Of a stretch of 59,337 nucleotides of DNA, positions 10,423 to 20,027 are shown one piece after another (position 1 is the stretch's first letter; every line of letters begins with the position of its first letter). This DNA comes from an uncultured bacterium (lineage in GTDB: Bacteria; JAGOEH01): the NCBI GenBank assembly GCA_964632485.1, contig CAZWDO010000006.1, positions 186,001 to 245,337 of the forward strand, read 5' to 3'. The position numbers and the translations under genes are program-made. The notes under the pieces are model-generated. The model was not told the origin of the DNA. It made no database searches and was given only the letters and a program-made list of their open reading frames with translations.

Positions 10423-13059
10423 ATGAAACCGAATCAAGAACAAAATCTAACCCCCATCATGGAACAGTTTTTTCAAATTAAGCGTAAATATGAAAAAGAA
10501 ATTTTGCTGTTTCGCATGGGTGATTTTTATGAAATGTTTGGTTCTGATGCGGAACGGGCAGCTCCCGTGCTGGGATTGACCCTGACTTCACGAGCGCATG
10601 GTAAAAGTATGCCCCGGGTGCCTTTAGCCGGCGTTCCCTATCATACGGTTGAACGCTATATCAAACAACTCATCAAAGCCGGATTCCATGTTGCCATCTG
10701 CGATCAGGTTGAAGACCCCAAAAAGAGCAAAGGGCTTGTAAAACGCGAAGTCGTCGAAGTGATCACCCCCGGTACTGTTTTATTGGATGATATTCTTGAT
10801 CATTCCCGCAATAATTTCTTGATTGCCCTTTCCCCGGATGAACCTTCCCGCACAGCTATTGCTCGTATCGATATTACTACCGGTGATTTCGAAACAGCGC
10901 TTATGGATAATCGCTTGCTTTATCATTTTCTTGATTCTATTAATCCTGCGGAGATTATCTTTCCCGATCACCTGACGGTCGAAACCCTGGGAACTGATCT
11001 CAGCCGGCTTAAAACAACCTGGACTCCTTATGCTGATTGGAAATTCACGGCGCAGGAAGGATACGCCAAATTATGTCTTTTTTTCAATGTCGCGAATTTA
11101 AAGGGCTATGGGCTTGAGGAATCGCCTCCCATGATCAGTGCTGCGGGCGCTATCCTTTTTTATCTTGAAGATAAACAGGTGACACTTGACCATATTCGCC
11201 GCATTCGTTACCTGCGGATGGAAGACTATATGTTAATCGACAGTACTACCCGGCGTAATCTGGAACTCCTTGAACCTTTAAATCCGGGTGAAACCGATAC
11301 CTCTCTCTACGCCCTTTTGAACCGCGCCAAAACACCCATGGGCGCCCGTTTATTGCGCCAGTGGATTCTGCAACCCTTGCTTGACCCGTTAAAAATTCAT
11401 CAACGACAATCGGTTGTCCACTTTTTCTACCATCAGGATGAAACTCTTGAAAATTTACGGCGTTTATTAGCTAAAATCGGTGATCTGGAACGGTTGATCA
11501 GCAAAATCAACAGCCGCCGCTGCAATGCCCGCGATCTTTATAAACTCAAAGAGATTCTGGGTTTACTCCCTCAAATAAAATCATGCTTGCCCGAAAAAAC
11601 GGATTCCCCCCTGCTGGAACAATTATCTGCGGAAATGGTCCTTCAAGATGAACTCATTGAAGGAATTGAGCAAGCGTTAAAAGAGGAATTGCCGTTATCA
11701 ATTACCGAGGGGGGGATGATCCGCGAAGGTTTTTCCCCGGAATTGGATGAATTGCGCGGGATCGCCTTCAATAGCAAATACTATATCGCGCAGATGGAAA
11801 AAAATGAAATTGAAAAGACCGGAATCAATTCTTTAAAGATACGTTATAACAAGGTATTTGGTTATTTTATTGAGATTACAAAAAGCAATTTGGACCGGGC
11901 GCCGGAAGAATATATCCGTAAACAAACGATGGTCAACGCTGAACGTTACATTACTCCGGAACTTAAAGAATATGAGGAAAAAGTCTTGCATGCGGAAGAA
12001 AAAATTTTTGAACTGGAAGGTCGTTTATTTCAAGCTATACGCCAGGCCGTTATCGATCGGATGGCTTCCTTGCAGTCAATTGCCATCGGTATTGCGGAAT
12101 TGGATTTGTATTTAAACTTAGCTTTTCTGGCAAAAATTAACTATTATACAATCCCGGAAATCGTGAGCGATGATAGGATTATCATTAAAAACGGCCGTCA
12201 TCCGGTTGTGGAAGCGCTGCTTAGGGAACAGCAATATGTGCCCAATGATGTGGCGCTTGATACTCGTGAATCCCAAATTGTGATTATTACGGGTCCTAAT
12301 ATGGCGGGCAAATCAACCTATCTTCGGATGGTAGGTTTATTAGTGGTCATGGCTCAAATGGGGTCCTATATTCCCGCCGAAAGCGCGCAAATCGGGGTGT
12401 GCGACCGGGTTTTTACGCGGGTTGGAGCGTCTGACAATGTCGCGCGCGGCGAAAGTACGTTTTTGGTGGAAATGAGTGAGACGGCCAATATCCTCAATAA
12501 TGCGACCCCCCATTCCCTCATTATCCTGGATGAAGTGGGGCGGGGTACCAGTACCTTTGATGGCCTCAGCCTTGCCTGGGCATTAGTGGAGTATCTCCAT
12601 CAGCAGGAGACGACCCGCGCTCGTACTCTGTTTGCGACCCATTACCATGAATTGACTGAATTGGAAATTCTATTGCCGCAGGTCGCTAACTATAATGTAC
12701 AGGTAAAAAAAATCGCAAATCAGATTGTTTTTTTACGTAAAATCGTACCGGGTTCAGCAGATCAAAGCTATGGGATCGAAGTAGCCGCTCTGGCAGGAAT
12801 GCCTCGTGAATTACTGGAAAGGGCCCGGGTTATTTTACACGAACTTGAAGAAAGAGAAAATAAAACCATTCGATCCCGCCATTCCCGTCGTAATAATAAT
12901 CATTCAAAAAATAAGGAGTTACAATTATCGCTGTTTTCAGAAATAACTGATCCTGTACATCTAAAAATTTCCGGGTTGAAAATGGATACGTTGAGTCCTA
13001 TCGATGCCTGGCAATTTCTTTCACAATTACAACAACAAATTAAATCCGAAGGAGGATAG
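10423..13059 (+). CDS. mutS: DNA mismatch repair protein MutS
   Basis: FRMGDFYEMF, TGPNMAGKSTYLR, STFLVEM, DEVGRGTST, ATHYHEL, SYGIEVA motifs. Confidence 0.98.
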   Translation: MKPNQEQNLTPIMEQFFQIKRKYEKEILLFRMGDFYEMFGSDAERAAPVLGLTLTSRAHGKSMPRVPLAGVPYHTVERYIKQLIKAGFHVAICDQVEDPKKSKGLVKREVVEVITPGTVLLDDILDHSRNNFLIALSPDEPSRTAIARIDITTGDFETALMDNRLLYHFLDSINPAEIIFPDHLTVETLGTDLSRLKTTWTPYADWKFTAQEGYAKLCLFFNVANLKGYGLEESPPMISAAGAILFYLEDKQVTLDHIRRIRYLRMEDYMLIDSTTRRNLELLEPLNPGETDTSLYALLNRAKTPMGARLLRQWILQPLLDPLKIHQRQSVVHFFYHQDETLENLRRLLAKIGDLERLISKINSRRCNARDLYKLKEILGLLPQIKSCLPEKTDSPLLEQLSAEMVLQDELIEGIEQALKEELPLSITEGGMIREGFSPELDELRGIAFNSKYYIAQMEKNEIEKTGINSLKIRYNKVFGYFIEITKSNLDRAPEEYIRKQTMVNAERYITPELKEYEEKVLHAEEKIFELEGRLFQAIRQAVIDRMASLQSIAIGIAELDLYLNLAFLAKINYYTIPEIVSDDRIIIKNGRHPVVEALLREQQYVPNDVALDTRESQIVIITGPNMAGKSTYLRMVGLLVVMAQMGSYIPAESAQIGVCDRVFTRVGASDNVARGESTFLVEMSETANILNNATPHSLIILDEVGRGTSTFDGLSLAWALVEYLHQQETTRARTLFATHYHELTELEILLPQVANYNVQVKKIANQIVFLRKIVPGSADQSYGIEVAALAGMPRELLERARVILHELEERENKTIRSRHSRRNNNHSKNKELQLSLFSEITDPVHLKISGLKMDTLSPIDAWQFLSQLQQQIKSEGG

Positions 13060-13063
13060 TTCG

Positions 13064-13735
13064 ATGTCAAAGGACAGATTAAGTCGCCATGAAATGAAGG
13101 AAGACGCATTTGTTGAAAAACTGATGGCAATTAAGGAGTTCAGTGAAAAAAATAAACAACGGATCGTCGTCTCTATCATCTCCGTTTTGGTCATTTTCCT
13201 GATTGGCTACATCTTGGTTAATTATCATTATGGTCGAAAGGAAGATGCAAAAGAAGCCCTGGGCCGTATTGAAATACTCTTCCTGCAAAATAAAATCGAT
13301 GAAGCGGTCCCCCAAGCCGAAGAGCTTATCAAAAACTTCGATGGTACAGGAGAAGCAGGTTACACTTTGATTTTGCTGGGCAACTCTTTTTATAGTAAAG
13401 GAGTTTATGATCGGGCTACTCAGTACTATTCCGATTATCTCAGCCAATACGCCGATAACGATCTTTATACGATCGCCGCTTATGAAGGTTTGGGCAACAC
13501 GTTGATTCAACAAGGTAAACATCTCGAAGCTATCAAAAAATTCGAGGAAGCCGTCCAAAAATATCCCACCTCTTATTCTGTTCCCTTTTTGTTCAGCAAA
13601 ATCGGCGATTGCTATCGGGCAACCAAAGATAATACACAAGCCAGTGTTTATTATCAAAAAATTGTCGATAATTACCCTGATTTTTCGGAGATTAGCCGTA
13701 TCAAGGTTTGTCTCGGTGAACTCGGCCGGATGTAA
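13064..13735 (+). CDS. Membrane-anchored TPR protein (YfgM-like)
   Basis: GGAGG RBS at 13051; one TM helix followed by TPR repeats. Confidence 0.75.
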   Translation: MSKDRLSRHEMKEDAFVEKLMAIKEFSEKNKQRIVVSIISVLVIFLIGYILVNYHYGRKEDAKEALGRIEILFLQNKIDEAVPQAEELIKNFDGTGEAGYTLILLGNSFYSKGVYDRATQYYSDYLSQYADNDLYTIAAYEGLGNTLIQQGKHLEAIKKFEEAVQKYPTSYSVPFLFSKIGDCYRATKDNTQASVYYQKIVDNYPDFSEISRIKVCLGELGRM

Positions 13736-13813
13736 ATCCCGGTTTTATGTTTAAGTAGTTTTTCCATCCTCCGCTTTGGGGGATGGATTACCGAATATTT
13801 TTCCTGTTCGGGT

Positions 13814-14140
13814 GTGGATTGGATTGCTAAATTTTTGCGATTGGGAATTGTTTTGAAATGTTATTTCATTTCTCCCTCCAGCCATGATCGAGTTAAGGCC
13901 GCGATAGGCTATATCCCTTTTTTGTGCGTATTGCCTTTTCTGGGCCCCCAAAGCGCCTATATCAAAATTCACCAAAAAATTGCCTTCACCTTGTTGATAA
14001 ATCAGATTTTTTTCTTGTCTCTGGCTTTTATCGCCGAAATTAAAGTTTTCTGTTTTTATCTTTTCGCTGTTATGATTGCGTTGGCGATGATCGGATTTAT
14101 TTTAGCGCTGGCAGGGTTCTATATTGAACTTAAATCATAA
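13814..14140 (+). CDS. Small membrane protein of unknown function
   Basis: AAIGYIPFLCVLP followed by two further hydrophobic helices; fills operon gap; start uncertain. Confidence 0.5.
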   Translation: MDWIAKFLRLGIVLKCYFISPSSHDRVKAAIGYIPFLCVLPFLGPQSAYIKIHQKIAFTLLINQIFFLSLAFIAEIKVFCFYLFAVMIALAMIGFILALAGFYIELKS

Positions 14141-14150
14141 AGAGCATCGA

Positions 14151-15002
14151 ATGGATTCCTTTTTTATACAAATGGAAAAAATAATCTCCCATGACCCGGG
14201 AAAAAGGGGAGTGGATGATCTGTTTATTTCCGGAGAATTGGAACAATCCGCGGTTTCACTCTCACGGGGGGGATCCGTTTGGATTGTAACGGGGTTTTTA
14301 CTTGGCCCGGGCCTGGTTGAAACCGACGGCCCTCTGGGAGCCCTGGCATTAGCCCTGGCATTAAATGAATTGAACTATCACATAACCATCATTGCCGACA
14401 CGGGATGCCGATTTCTTTTGCAGACCTTATTTGAACGCTATGCGCCTCCCACAATAATTTTTAAAAATTGGGAGGAATTGGAGCGGCCTTTTTCAGCCTT
14501 ATTTACATCGTCCCATCCCAGTCATCTGATTGCAATTGAGCGGCCGGGACGAAATCGATGGGGCGATTATCTCAATGCCCGCTGCCAATCGGTTGCAAAT
14601 TGGAACGCTCCAGCGGATGAGCTGTTTCTCTGTGAACCTCGGCCGATTACAATTGGAATTGGGGACGGTGGAAATGAAATTGGTATGGGAAAAATTACTG
14701 CTGAGTCTAATTGGCCCGGGCGTTCGATCGTTTCCACCGATTATCTAATCACGGCCGGTGTTTCTAACTGGGGGGCTTATGCCCTTTGCGGCGCTTTATC
14801 GCTTTTGAATGGGAAATCCCTGGTTCCATTACCGGAACTGGAAAGCGAATGGTTAAATACTCTGGTAACCGCAGGAGCTGTCGATGGTTTTTCCCTTAAA
14901 CCGGAATTAAAAATCGATGGGCTATCAATCGGTTTCCATGCAGAAATTCTCAGTAAAATACAGAACCTTGTAACTAATTTTTTGGGGAAAAGTATCAACT
15001 GA
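14151..15002 (+). CDS. D-glutamate cyclase-like (DUF4392) protein
   Basis: TGF, ETDGPLGA, IAIERPGR, IGIGDGGNEIGMG, GVSNWGAYAL motifs. Confidence 0.85.
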   Translation: MDSFFIQMEKIISHDPGKRGVDDLFISGELEQSAVSLSRGGSVWIVTGFLLGPGLVETDGPLGALALALALNELNYHITIIADTGCRFLLQTLFERYAPPTIIFKNWEELERPFSALFTSSHPSHLIAIERPGRNRWGDYLNARCQSVANWNAPADELFLCEPRPITIGIGDGGNEIGMGKITAESNWPGRSIVSTDYLITAGVSNWGAYALCGALSLLNGKSLVPLPELESEWLNTLVTAGAVDGFSLKPELKIDGLSIGFHAEILSKIQNLVTNFLGKSIN

Positions 15003-15909
15003 CAATGGGATGAAGCTGGTAGGTAATCACTTGATGATGCGGGCTATAGGACTGTTTGGCCTGGCGAAGTCCTTCTAAGCCCATATCCTGCTCCCGATTG
15101 ATCCATTTAACTCCCCTTTCGCTTGCCCAACGGGCCATTTCCCTGTTTAAATACTGGGAGATTCCCTTCAATTCAGGATTGTATTTTTCAAAATGGACGG
15201 TTATCATATCAGATGTTTGATGGTTATAGAGGCAAAAAGCTTCAATTATCCCTTCACTCTGAATGATAATACCCTCTATACCGATGATATTGGCAAACAA
15301 TAGAGCCCGTTCCAGAGCAATCAGTTCGCGTTGTAATTCTAAATCCCAGCAATCTCGATTTTTGCACCACTTTTTAATGAGTTCTAAACAAAGAAAAACA
15401 TCTTCTTTTTGAAACGGGCGCGTCAAAACATGCGGATTCGCCTGGATGAACTGATTGATCAGATTTTTCTTTTTTTGGAGCTTCTTTCCTTTGAGGTCGA
15501 CCAGAGCTTGCGAATCGTAAATATAATCGGCATTATCCATATCGCTCACAACTTCAAACCAGGAAGTCAACCCGGGATTGGCCTGGATATGATCTTCACT
15601 GACAAGAATGAACCGTCCTTTTTTACCTCGTTGGCGAAACCTCTGTGAAATCTCTATCAAAATTTCTCCGGGTAGTATCTCACCGACAGGCATATAAATA
15701 TAATCGAAAAAATTGGAATAGAGAATGAGACGTCCCTCTAAAACGCGCCAGCTATATTCAACAATCGGTTGCCAGGGGATCAAGGTCGCAATATTGTAAT
15801 CACAATGGACTTGGGGATAACGGGAAAAGAAATCCCTGATCTGGGGAATATGATCATTTGTTAGAATTTGAAACGTGTCGGGAGAAAAAGTTGCTTCAAG
15901 TCGGATCAT
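14995..15909 (-). CDS. DUF2156 / phosphatidylglycerol lysyltransferase-like domain protein
   Basis: DYIYD...LVDLKGKKLQKKKNLINQF, VHFEK, INREQDMGLEGLRQAKQSY motifs. Confidence 0.88.
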   Translation of the reverse strand: MIRLEATFSPDTFQILTNDHIPQIRDFFSRYPQVHCDYNIATLIPWQPIVEYSWRVLEGRLILYSNFFDYIYMPVGEILPGEILIEISQRFRQRGKKGRFILVSEDHIQANPGLTSWFEVVSDMDNADYIYDSQALVDLKGKKLQKKKNLINQFIQANPHVLTRPFQKEDVFLCLELIKKWCKNRDCWDLELQRELIALERALLFANIIGIEGIIIQSEGIIEAFCLYNHQTSDMITVHFEKYNPELKGISQYLNREMARWASERGVKWINREQDMGLEGLRQAKQSYSPHHQVITYQLHPIVS

Positions 15910-16306
15910 AGATCATGGGACAATGCTGTAAAAGTTCCTTAAACCCTAATTGGTGATAAAATTTCTGGGTGCCGGGTTTGCCGATCAGACCGATCCATTG
16001 AACTCCACGGCTTATAAGAGTATCAACCACGGTACGGATGAGTAGCTGCCCAATTCCGGCTCCCCGACGTGAAGCAGCGACATATACGTCCTGAATATAG
16101 GCATCGCTGATTCCATCTGAAATCGCCCGAGCCATGCCAAGTACCGTTTGACCCTCGTAGGCTGCCGCAAAAATCCAGGAACGCCTGATGATTTCCTCAA
16201 CCAATGTAATATCGAGCATCTCCTGATCCGATAGCCATCCGGCTTCATTATACAAGTTCTGGATTTGCTGGATATCAAATTTTGTATCCATTTTAATCTC
16301 AATCAT
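15896..16306 (-). CDS. GNAT family N-acetyltransferase
   Basis: ARAISDG, IQDVYV, RRGAGIG acetyl-CoA motif, FYHQLGF. Confidence 0.9.
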   Translation of the reverse strand: MIEIKMDTKFDIQQIQNLYNEAGWLSDQEMLDITLVEEIIRRSWIFAAAYEGQTVLGMARAISDGISDAYIQDVYVAASRRGAGIGQLLIRTVVDTLISRGVQWIGLIGKPGTQKFYHQLGFKELLQHCPMIYDPT

Positions 16307-16404
16307 CTCAGCCGCCTTTGAATTTAATAGTATTGATTATAATGAATATATTCATTTAAATCAAGAAAAAAAAAGCAATTTTACCATTAAGTTAATTTTT
16401 TAAC

Positions 16405-16432
16405 TTGACAATCTCATATTAATGATTAAATT
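16405..16432 (+). promoter_or_regulatory. Sigma70-type promoter for diguanylate cyclase
   Basis: TTGACA-N16-TAAATT in AT-rich intergenic region. Confidence 0.45.
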
Positions 16433-16448
16433 ATAACAAATTCGATGA

Positions 16449-18071
16449 ATGATGATGAAAAATATGAAAATAAAAAGAATTTCTCAAAAGCAAATATTAA
16501 ATTTTTTAAATAAATCTCCATTTGTTCTGTTTGTATATAATTTACAGGGACAAATTGTTTTTGAGCGGTATTTTGCTGCGCAAAATTATCAGGAGCGGAT
16601 TCAACAGATAATTGACCAAATTGTTTCGGAAAATAAATTCATAGAATTCGATCACTGGCAGACTAAAAATATTTCCATTAATAATGAGTTTTTTGAGCTG
16701 AGTATTAGAGTTGATGAAGAATATATCATCGTTTGGCTGCAACCGGTTACTAAGAAGCTTCATATTATTGAGCAGATCAGGAAAAATATTTTACGGGACC
16801 GGGCATTCTACTATATTGAAAAATTTCGGGGAGTCCAAACCAGAGAAGAAAAACAGCGGTTAATCGGAATTGTCAATAATTTAGAAACAATCGTCTTTAT
16901 GATCGATTCCGAATTCAATATTTTAATGGGGAATAGCAAAAAGCCATTTCGACAATGTTTCGAATTTTTTCAAAGGCAGGAGCCCTGCGTGGATTGCATT
17001 TTAATGAACCGGAAGTTTTTATCAAGTCATGAGCTATCAACCGGTGGGCAAGTAGAATTTTATACTGAAAAACGATTGAAACTGGATGATGAAACCCATG
17101 TCATTACCATAGAAAATACAACCAAAGAAGTGACACTGCTGCGAAGTATCCAAAACCAGCAAAAATTATTAAACCACCAAAAAGAGATTTTCCAGCTTTT
17201 AAGTCAATTGAGCCTTGATTTTGTCAATATTACCGATCTTAATCAGTTATTAAGTTTTGCGTCAAAAAAGATCACCGTTTTTTTTAATATTCAGAAGTTT
17301 TCCGTGATTCTCCATAATGCCCGTGGAGCCATCTATCAGGAAGAATTGGTGGGGTTTAATAAAAATCCGGCGCATTTAGATAAAGAAGATTTGGCTCCTT
17401 TCATTGCTTCCCTTTCTTCGCTTGAGATTATCCCCTTGAAAAAAGGGAGTGATATTGTCGGGACTGTAATGTATGAAAATAACCAGGCTGATGAATCCCT
17501 TAACAGCTTTATGATTATTTTTAGCGATCACCTGATTACTTTTATCGAGAATATCAAATTACAGAAACGATTGGAAGAAATGGCGAATATGGATAGCCTT
17601 ACAGAATTTTTCAATCGGAACTATCTGGAAAAAAATATTGGCACTTATTATGAAAACAGTAAAAAATTTGATCAGCCCCTGGGAATAATGTTGATCGATA
17701 TCAATGGGCTGAAACGCATTAATGATCTTTTTGGACATCAATACGGCGACCAGTTGATCCAGCAAGCAGCTAAAATCATCCGCTCTTCCTTGCGCGAAAC
17801 AGATATCAGAATTCGTCTCGGCGGTGATGAATTCCTGATCGTTGTGCTAGCCACCTCTTCACAAAGTATCTTATGTATTTCTGAAAAGATTAAAGATCTG
17901 AGCGGCGCTCACAACATGGTCATCAATGAGGAAAAACATCCCATCTGCTTTTCTCTGGGCTCCGCGTTGAGTACTGAAGTTGATAATTATCAGGACCTTT
18001 ATCTTTTGGCGGATAAACGTATGTACCAGGATAAGAAAGATTTCTATAAATCGCATGAAAAGTACCGATAA
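16449..18071 (+). CDS. Sensor diguanylate cyclase (GGDEF)
   Basis: DSLT..FNR, DINGLKRINDLFGHQYGD, RxxD I-site (RETD), RLGGDEF, ADKRMY; GAF/PAS-like N-terminal region. Confidence 0.93.
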   Translation: MMMKNMKIKRISQKQILNFLNKSPFVLFVYNLQGQIVFERYFAAQNYQERIQQIIDQIVSENKFIEFDHWQTKNISINNEFFELSIRVDEEYIIVWLQPVTKKLHIIEQIRKNILRDRAFYYIEKFRGVQTREEKQRLIGIVNNLETIVFMIDSEFNILMGNSKKPFRQCFEFFQRQEPCVDCILMNRKFLSSHELSTGGQVEFYTEKRLKLDDETHVITIENTTKEVTLLRSIQNQQKLLNHQKEIFQLLSQLSLDFVNITDLNQLLSFASKKITVFFNIQKFSVILHNARGAIYQEELVGFNKNPAHLDKEDLAPFIASLSSLEIIPLKKGSDIVGTVMYENNQADESLNSFMIIFSDHLITFIENIKLQKRLEEMANMDSLTEFFNRNYLEKNIGTYYENSKKFDQPLGIMLIDINGLKRINDLFGHQYGDQLIQQAAKIIRSSLRETDIRIRLGGDEFLIVVLATSSQSILCISEKIKDLSGAHNMVINEEKHPICFSLGSALSTEVDNYQDLYLLADKRMYQDKKDFYKSHEKYR

Positions 18072-18081
18072 GGGAGCGACG

Positions 18082-18639
18082 ATGACTGAAGAACGTATTA
18101 TCGAAGATGTAAGCAATTTCCTAACCACTTTGAATATGGGGATGTGGGACGATTTAGGGTTTGAACATTTGAGCAGTCCCGTTATTATTGAATTGGTGAA
18201 TGAGTTAAAAATGAAGATCAAGCTTATTGAACAACTGATGAACCAGTTGGGAGCGTATTCTAAATTGATGACGGAAAATTTTTCTGTGATTCAAAATATC
18301 ACAGAAAAATCGGCCATGAAAATTGTTAATCTGGCCGAGGAAGTCATGAATGTGTCTGATTCCGAAGATATGGAACTCCTCCAGGACCGCGCGTTCCAAA
18401 TCATAACTTCTGTAGAGTTTCAAGATATCATTCAACAGCGTATCGATAATCTGCGTAGCACTTTTCTCTCAATAGAAAACCAGCATAAAAAAGTGAGCGA
18501 CCAATTCCCATACCTCACAGAATCGCATGAAATTGAAATGGAAAGTGAACCCGGATCAACGGAAGGGGATGCCGATAAAGTCCTTTCTAATCAGGATTTA
18601 GTTGATCAGTTGTTGGCTGAGTTTGGAGTAGGTAACTGA
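18082..18639 (+). CDS. CheZ-like protein phosphatase
   Basis: FQDIIQQR (DxxxQ catalytic motif) and C-terminal NQDLVDQLLAEFG helix resembling the CheZ CheY-P binding tail. Confidence 0.7.
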   Translation: MTEERIIEDVSNFLTTLNMGMWDDLGFEHLSSPVIIELVNELKMKIKLIEQLMNQLGAYSKLMTENFSVIQNITEKSAMKIVNLAEEVMNVSDSEDMELLQDRAFQIITSVEFQDIIQQRIDNLRSTFLSIENQHKKVSDQFPYLTESHEIEMESEPGSTEGDADKVLSNQDLVDQLLAEFGVGN

Positions 18640-18729
18640 TTTTCTTTCAATTAACAAAATATTAACCATTAATTTATTAAAACTTGATTATTATTGAATA
18701 TCTTCCTTGAATTTCAAGGAGTAATGCCT

Positions 18730-19863
18730 ATGATAACTGTTTTAACAATTCTGACTATTCTGTCTGTAGCGCTGAATCTCATCTATCTTTTTTTCACGGT
18801 GAGATATCGTCCCGGAGAACGGCCGGATAAGTGCAATTGCCAGGACAAGGTCTCTATTCTCAAACCGGTGAAATCACTGGATGATGATCTTCTCGATGAT
18901 CTGGATTCATTTTTCCATTTGGATTATCCCAATTATGAGTTGATTTTCGGGATGGATAGCCGAGATGATCCTGCTTTTGGGATTTTAACTGATATTATTC
19001 ACCGCCATCCTCAAATCGAATCTTCCATCATTATCGCCCCGATGAAAAATGAAGGAAATCCCAAAGTGACGACCCTGATCGAACTGGCCCGTGCGGCGCG
19101 CGGCCACTATCTCTGGGTAAGTGATTCCAATACCCGGGTTCATCCTCTCACCTTGAAATGGCTCCTGGAGGAAATTGAATCGACCGGCTCAGTCCTGGTT
19201 TTTTCACCGATTTTGGGATGCGGCGGACAATCGTTGGGAAGTATGATGGAAAATGCCTATATCAATCTTTTTGTTTCCGGTAATATTTTGAGTTCATGGA
19301 AACTATTAGGCTATCCGGTAATTGTCGGTAAGTCAATGCTCTTTAAACGTGATACCCTGGAAAAAATGGGCGGATTCGAACGGTTTCATCATTTTCTGGC
19401 GGAAGATCATATTATGGGTGAAACCTTCCATCGCCAGGGGTATCGTGTTTCCACTAATGCCGTTTGGATAACCAATATCAATCGCCATACCGGAATTCTA
19501 TCGATGATTCGTCGTTTAAGCCGGTGGTCAATAATGAGGTATCAACAAAAAAAACTACTGTATATAACCGAAATTTTAACCAACCCCTTGTTTTTTGCCG
19601 TGCTTATTATGGTCTTTTACCATTCATATTGGCAATGGGTACTGCTGTGCCTGGCAGTAAAAATTGGAATTGAAGCGTTTAATTTTTTTATTGTCAATCG
19701 GATGGACCGGTTTTCACGCTACCATTTAATCCTTTTACCGATCATTGTTTGTATTAAAGATTGTATTCTGGTCTGGGTTTATGTGCTTCCTTTTTTCTGC
19801 CGTTCCGTAAAGTGGCGTGGACGCAGGATTCGCATCGGAAAGGGAAGTAGAATCTATGCTTAA
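18730..19863 (+). CDS. GT21/GT2 ceramide glucosyltransferase-like (HpnI-like) glycosyltransferase
   Basis: VSILKPVK, DYPNYELIFG, NPKV, VSDSN, LAEDH, RxxRW, VKWRGRR motifs; N- and C-terminal TM helices. Confidence 0.88.
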   Translation: MITVLTILTILSVALNLIYLFFTVRYRPGERPDKCNCQDKVSILKPVKSLDDDLLDDLDSFFHLDYPNYELIFGMDSRDDPAFGILTDIIHRHPQIESSIIIAPMKNEGNPKVTTLIELARAARGHYLWVSDSNTRVHPLTLKWLLEEIESTGSVLVFSPILGCGGQSLGSMMENAYINLFVSGNILSSWKLLGYPVIVGKSMLFKRDTLEKMGGFERFHHFLAEDHIMGETFHRQGYRVSTNAVWITNINRHTGILSMIRRLSRWSIMRYQQKKLLYITEILTNPLFFAVLIMVFYHSYWQWVLLCLAVKIGIEAFNFFIVNRMDRFSRYHLILLPIIVCIKDCILVWVYVLPFFCRSVKWRGRRIRIGKGSRIYA

Positions 19864-20027
19864 AATGCAACTATCTGAAAACGCGGCTTCCCCCTTCGTT
19901 GATATTATTCCCGGTTGCGGAGAATCCATTTGTCTTTTGGGTGAAAATGTTGCGCATTCGATCGGAATTGCAGGTATCGTTTATCAAGCTGTTTTAGAAA
20001 TTGATCACTTTGCCGCCGATGATGAAT

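Noticed and set aside
14151-15002. Functional link between D-glutamate cyclase-like gene and the oxoprolinase-like gene at 49237
   Set aside because: The genes are 34 kb apart in unrelated operons; no sequence evidence of coupling.
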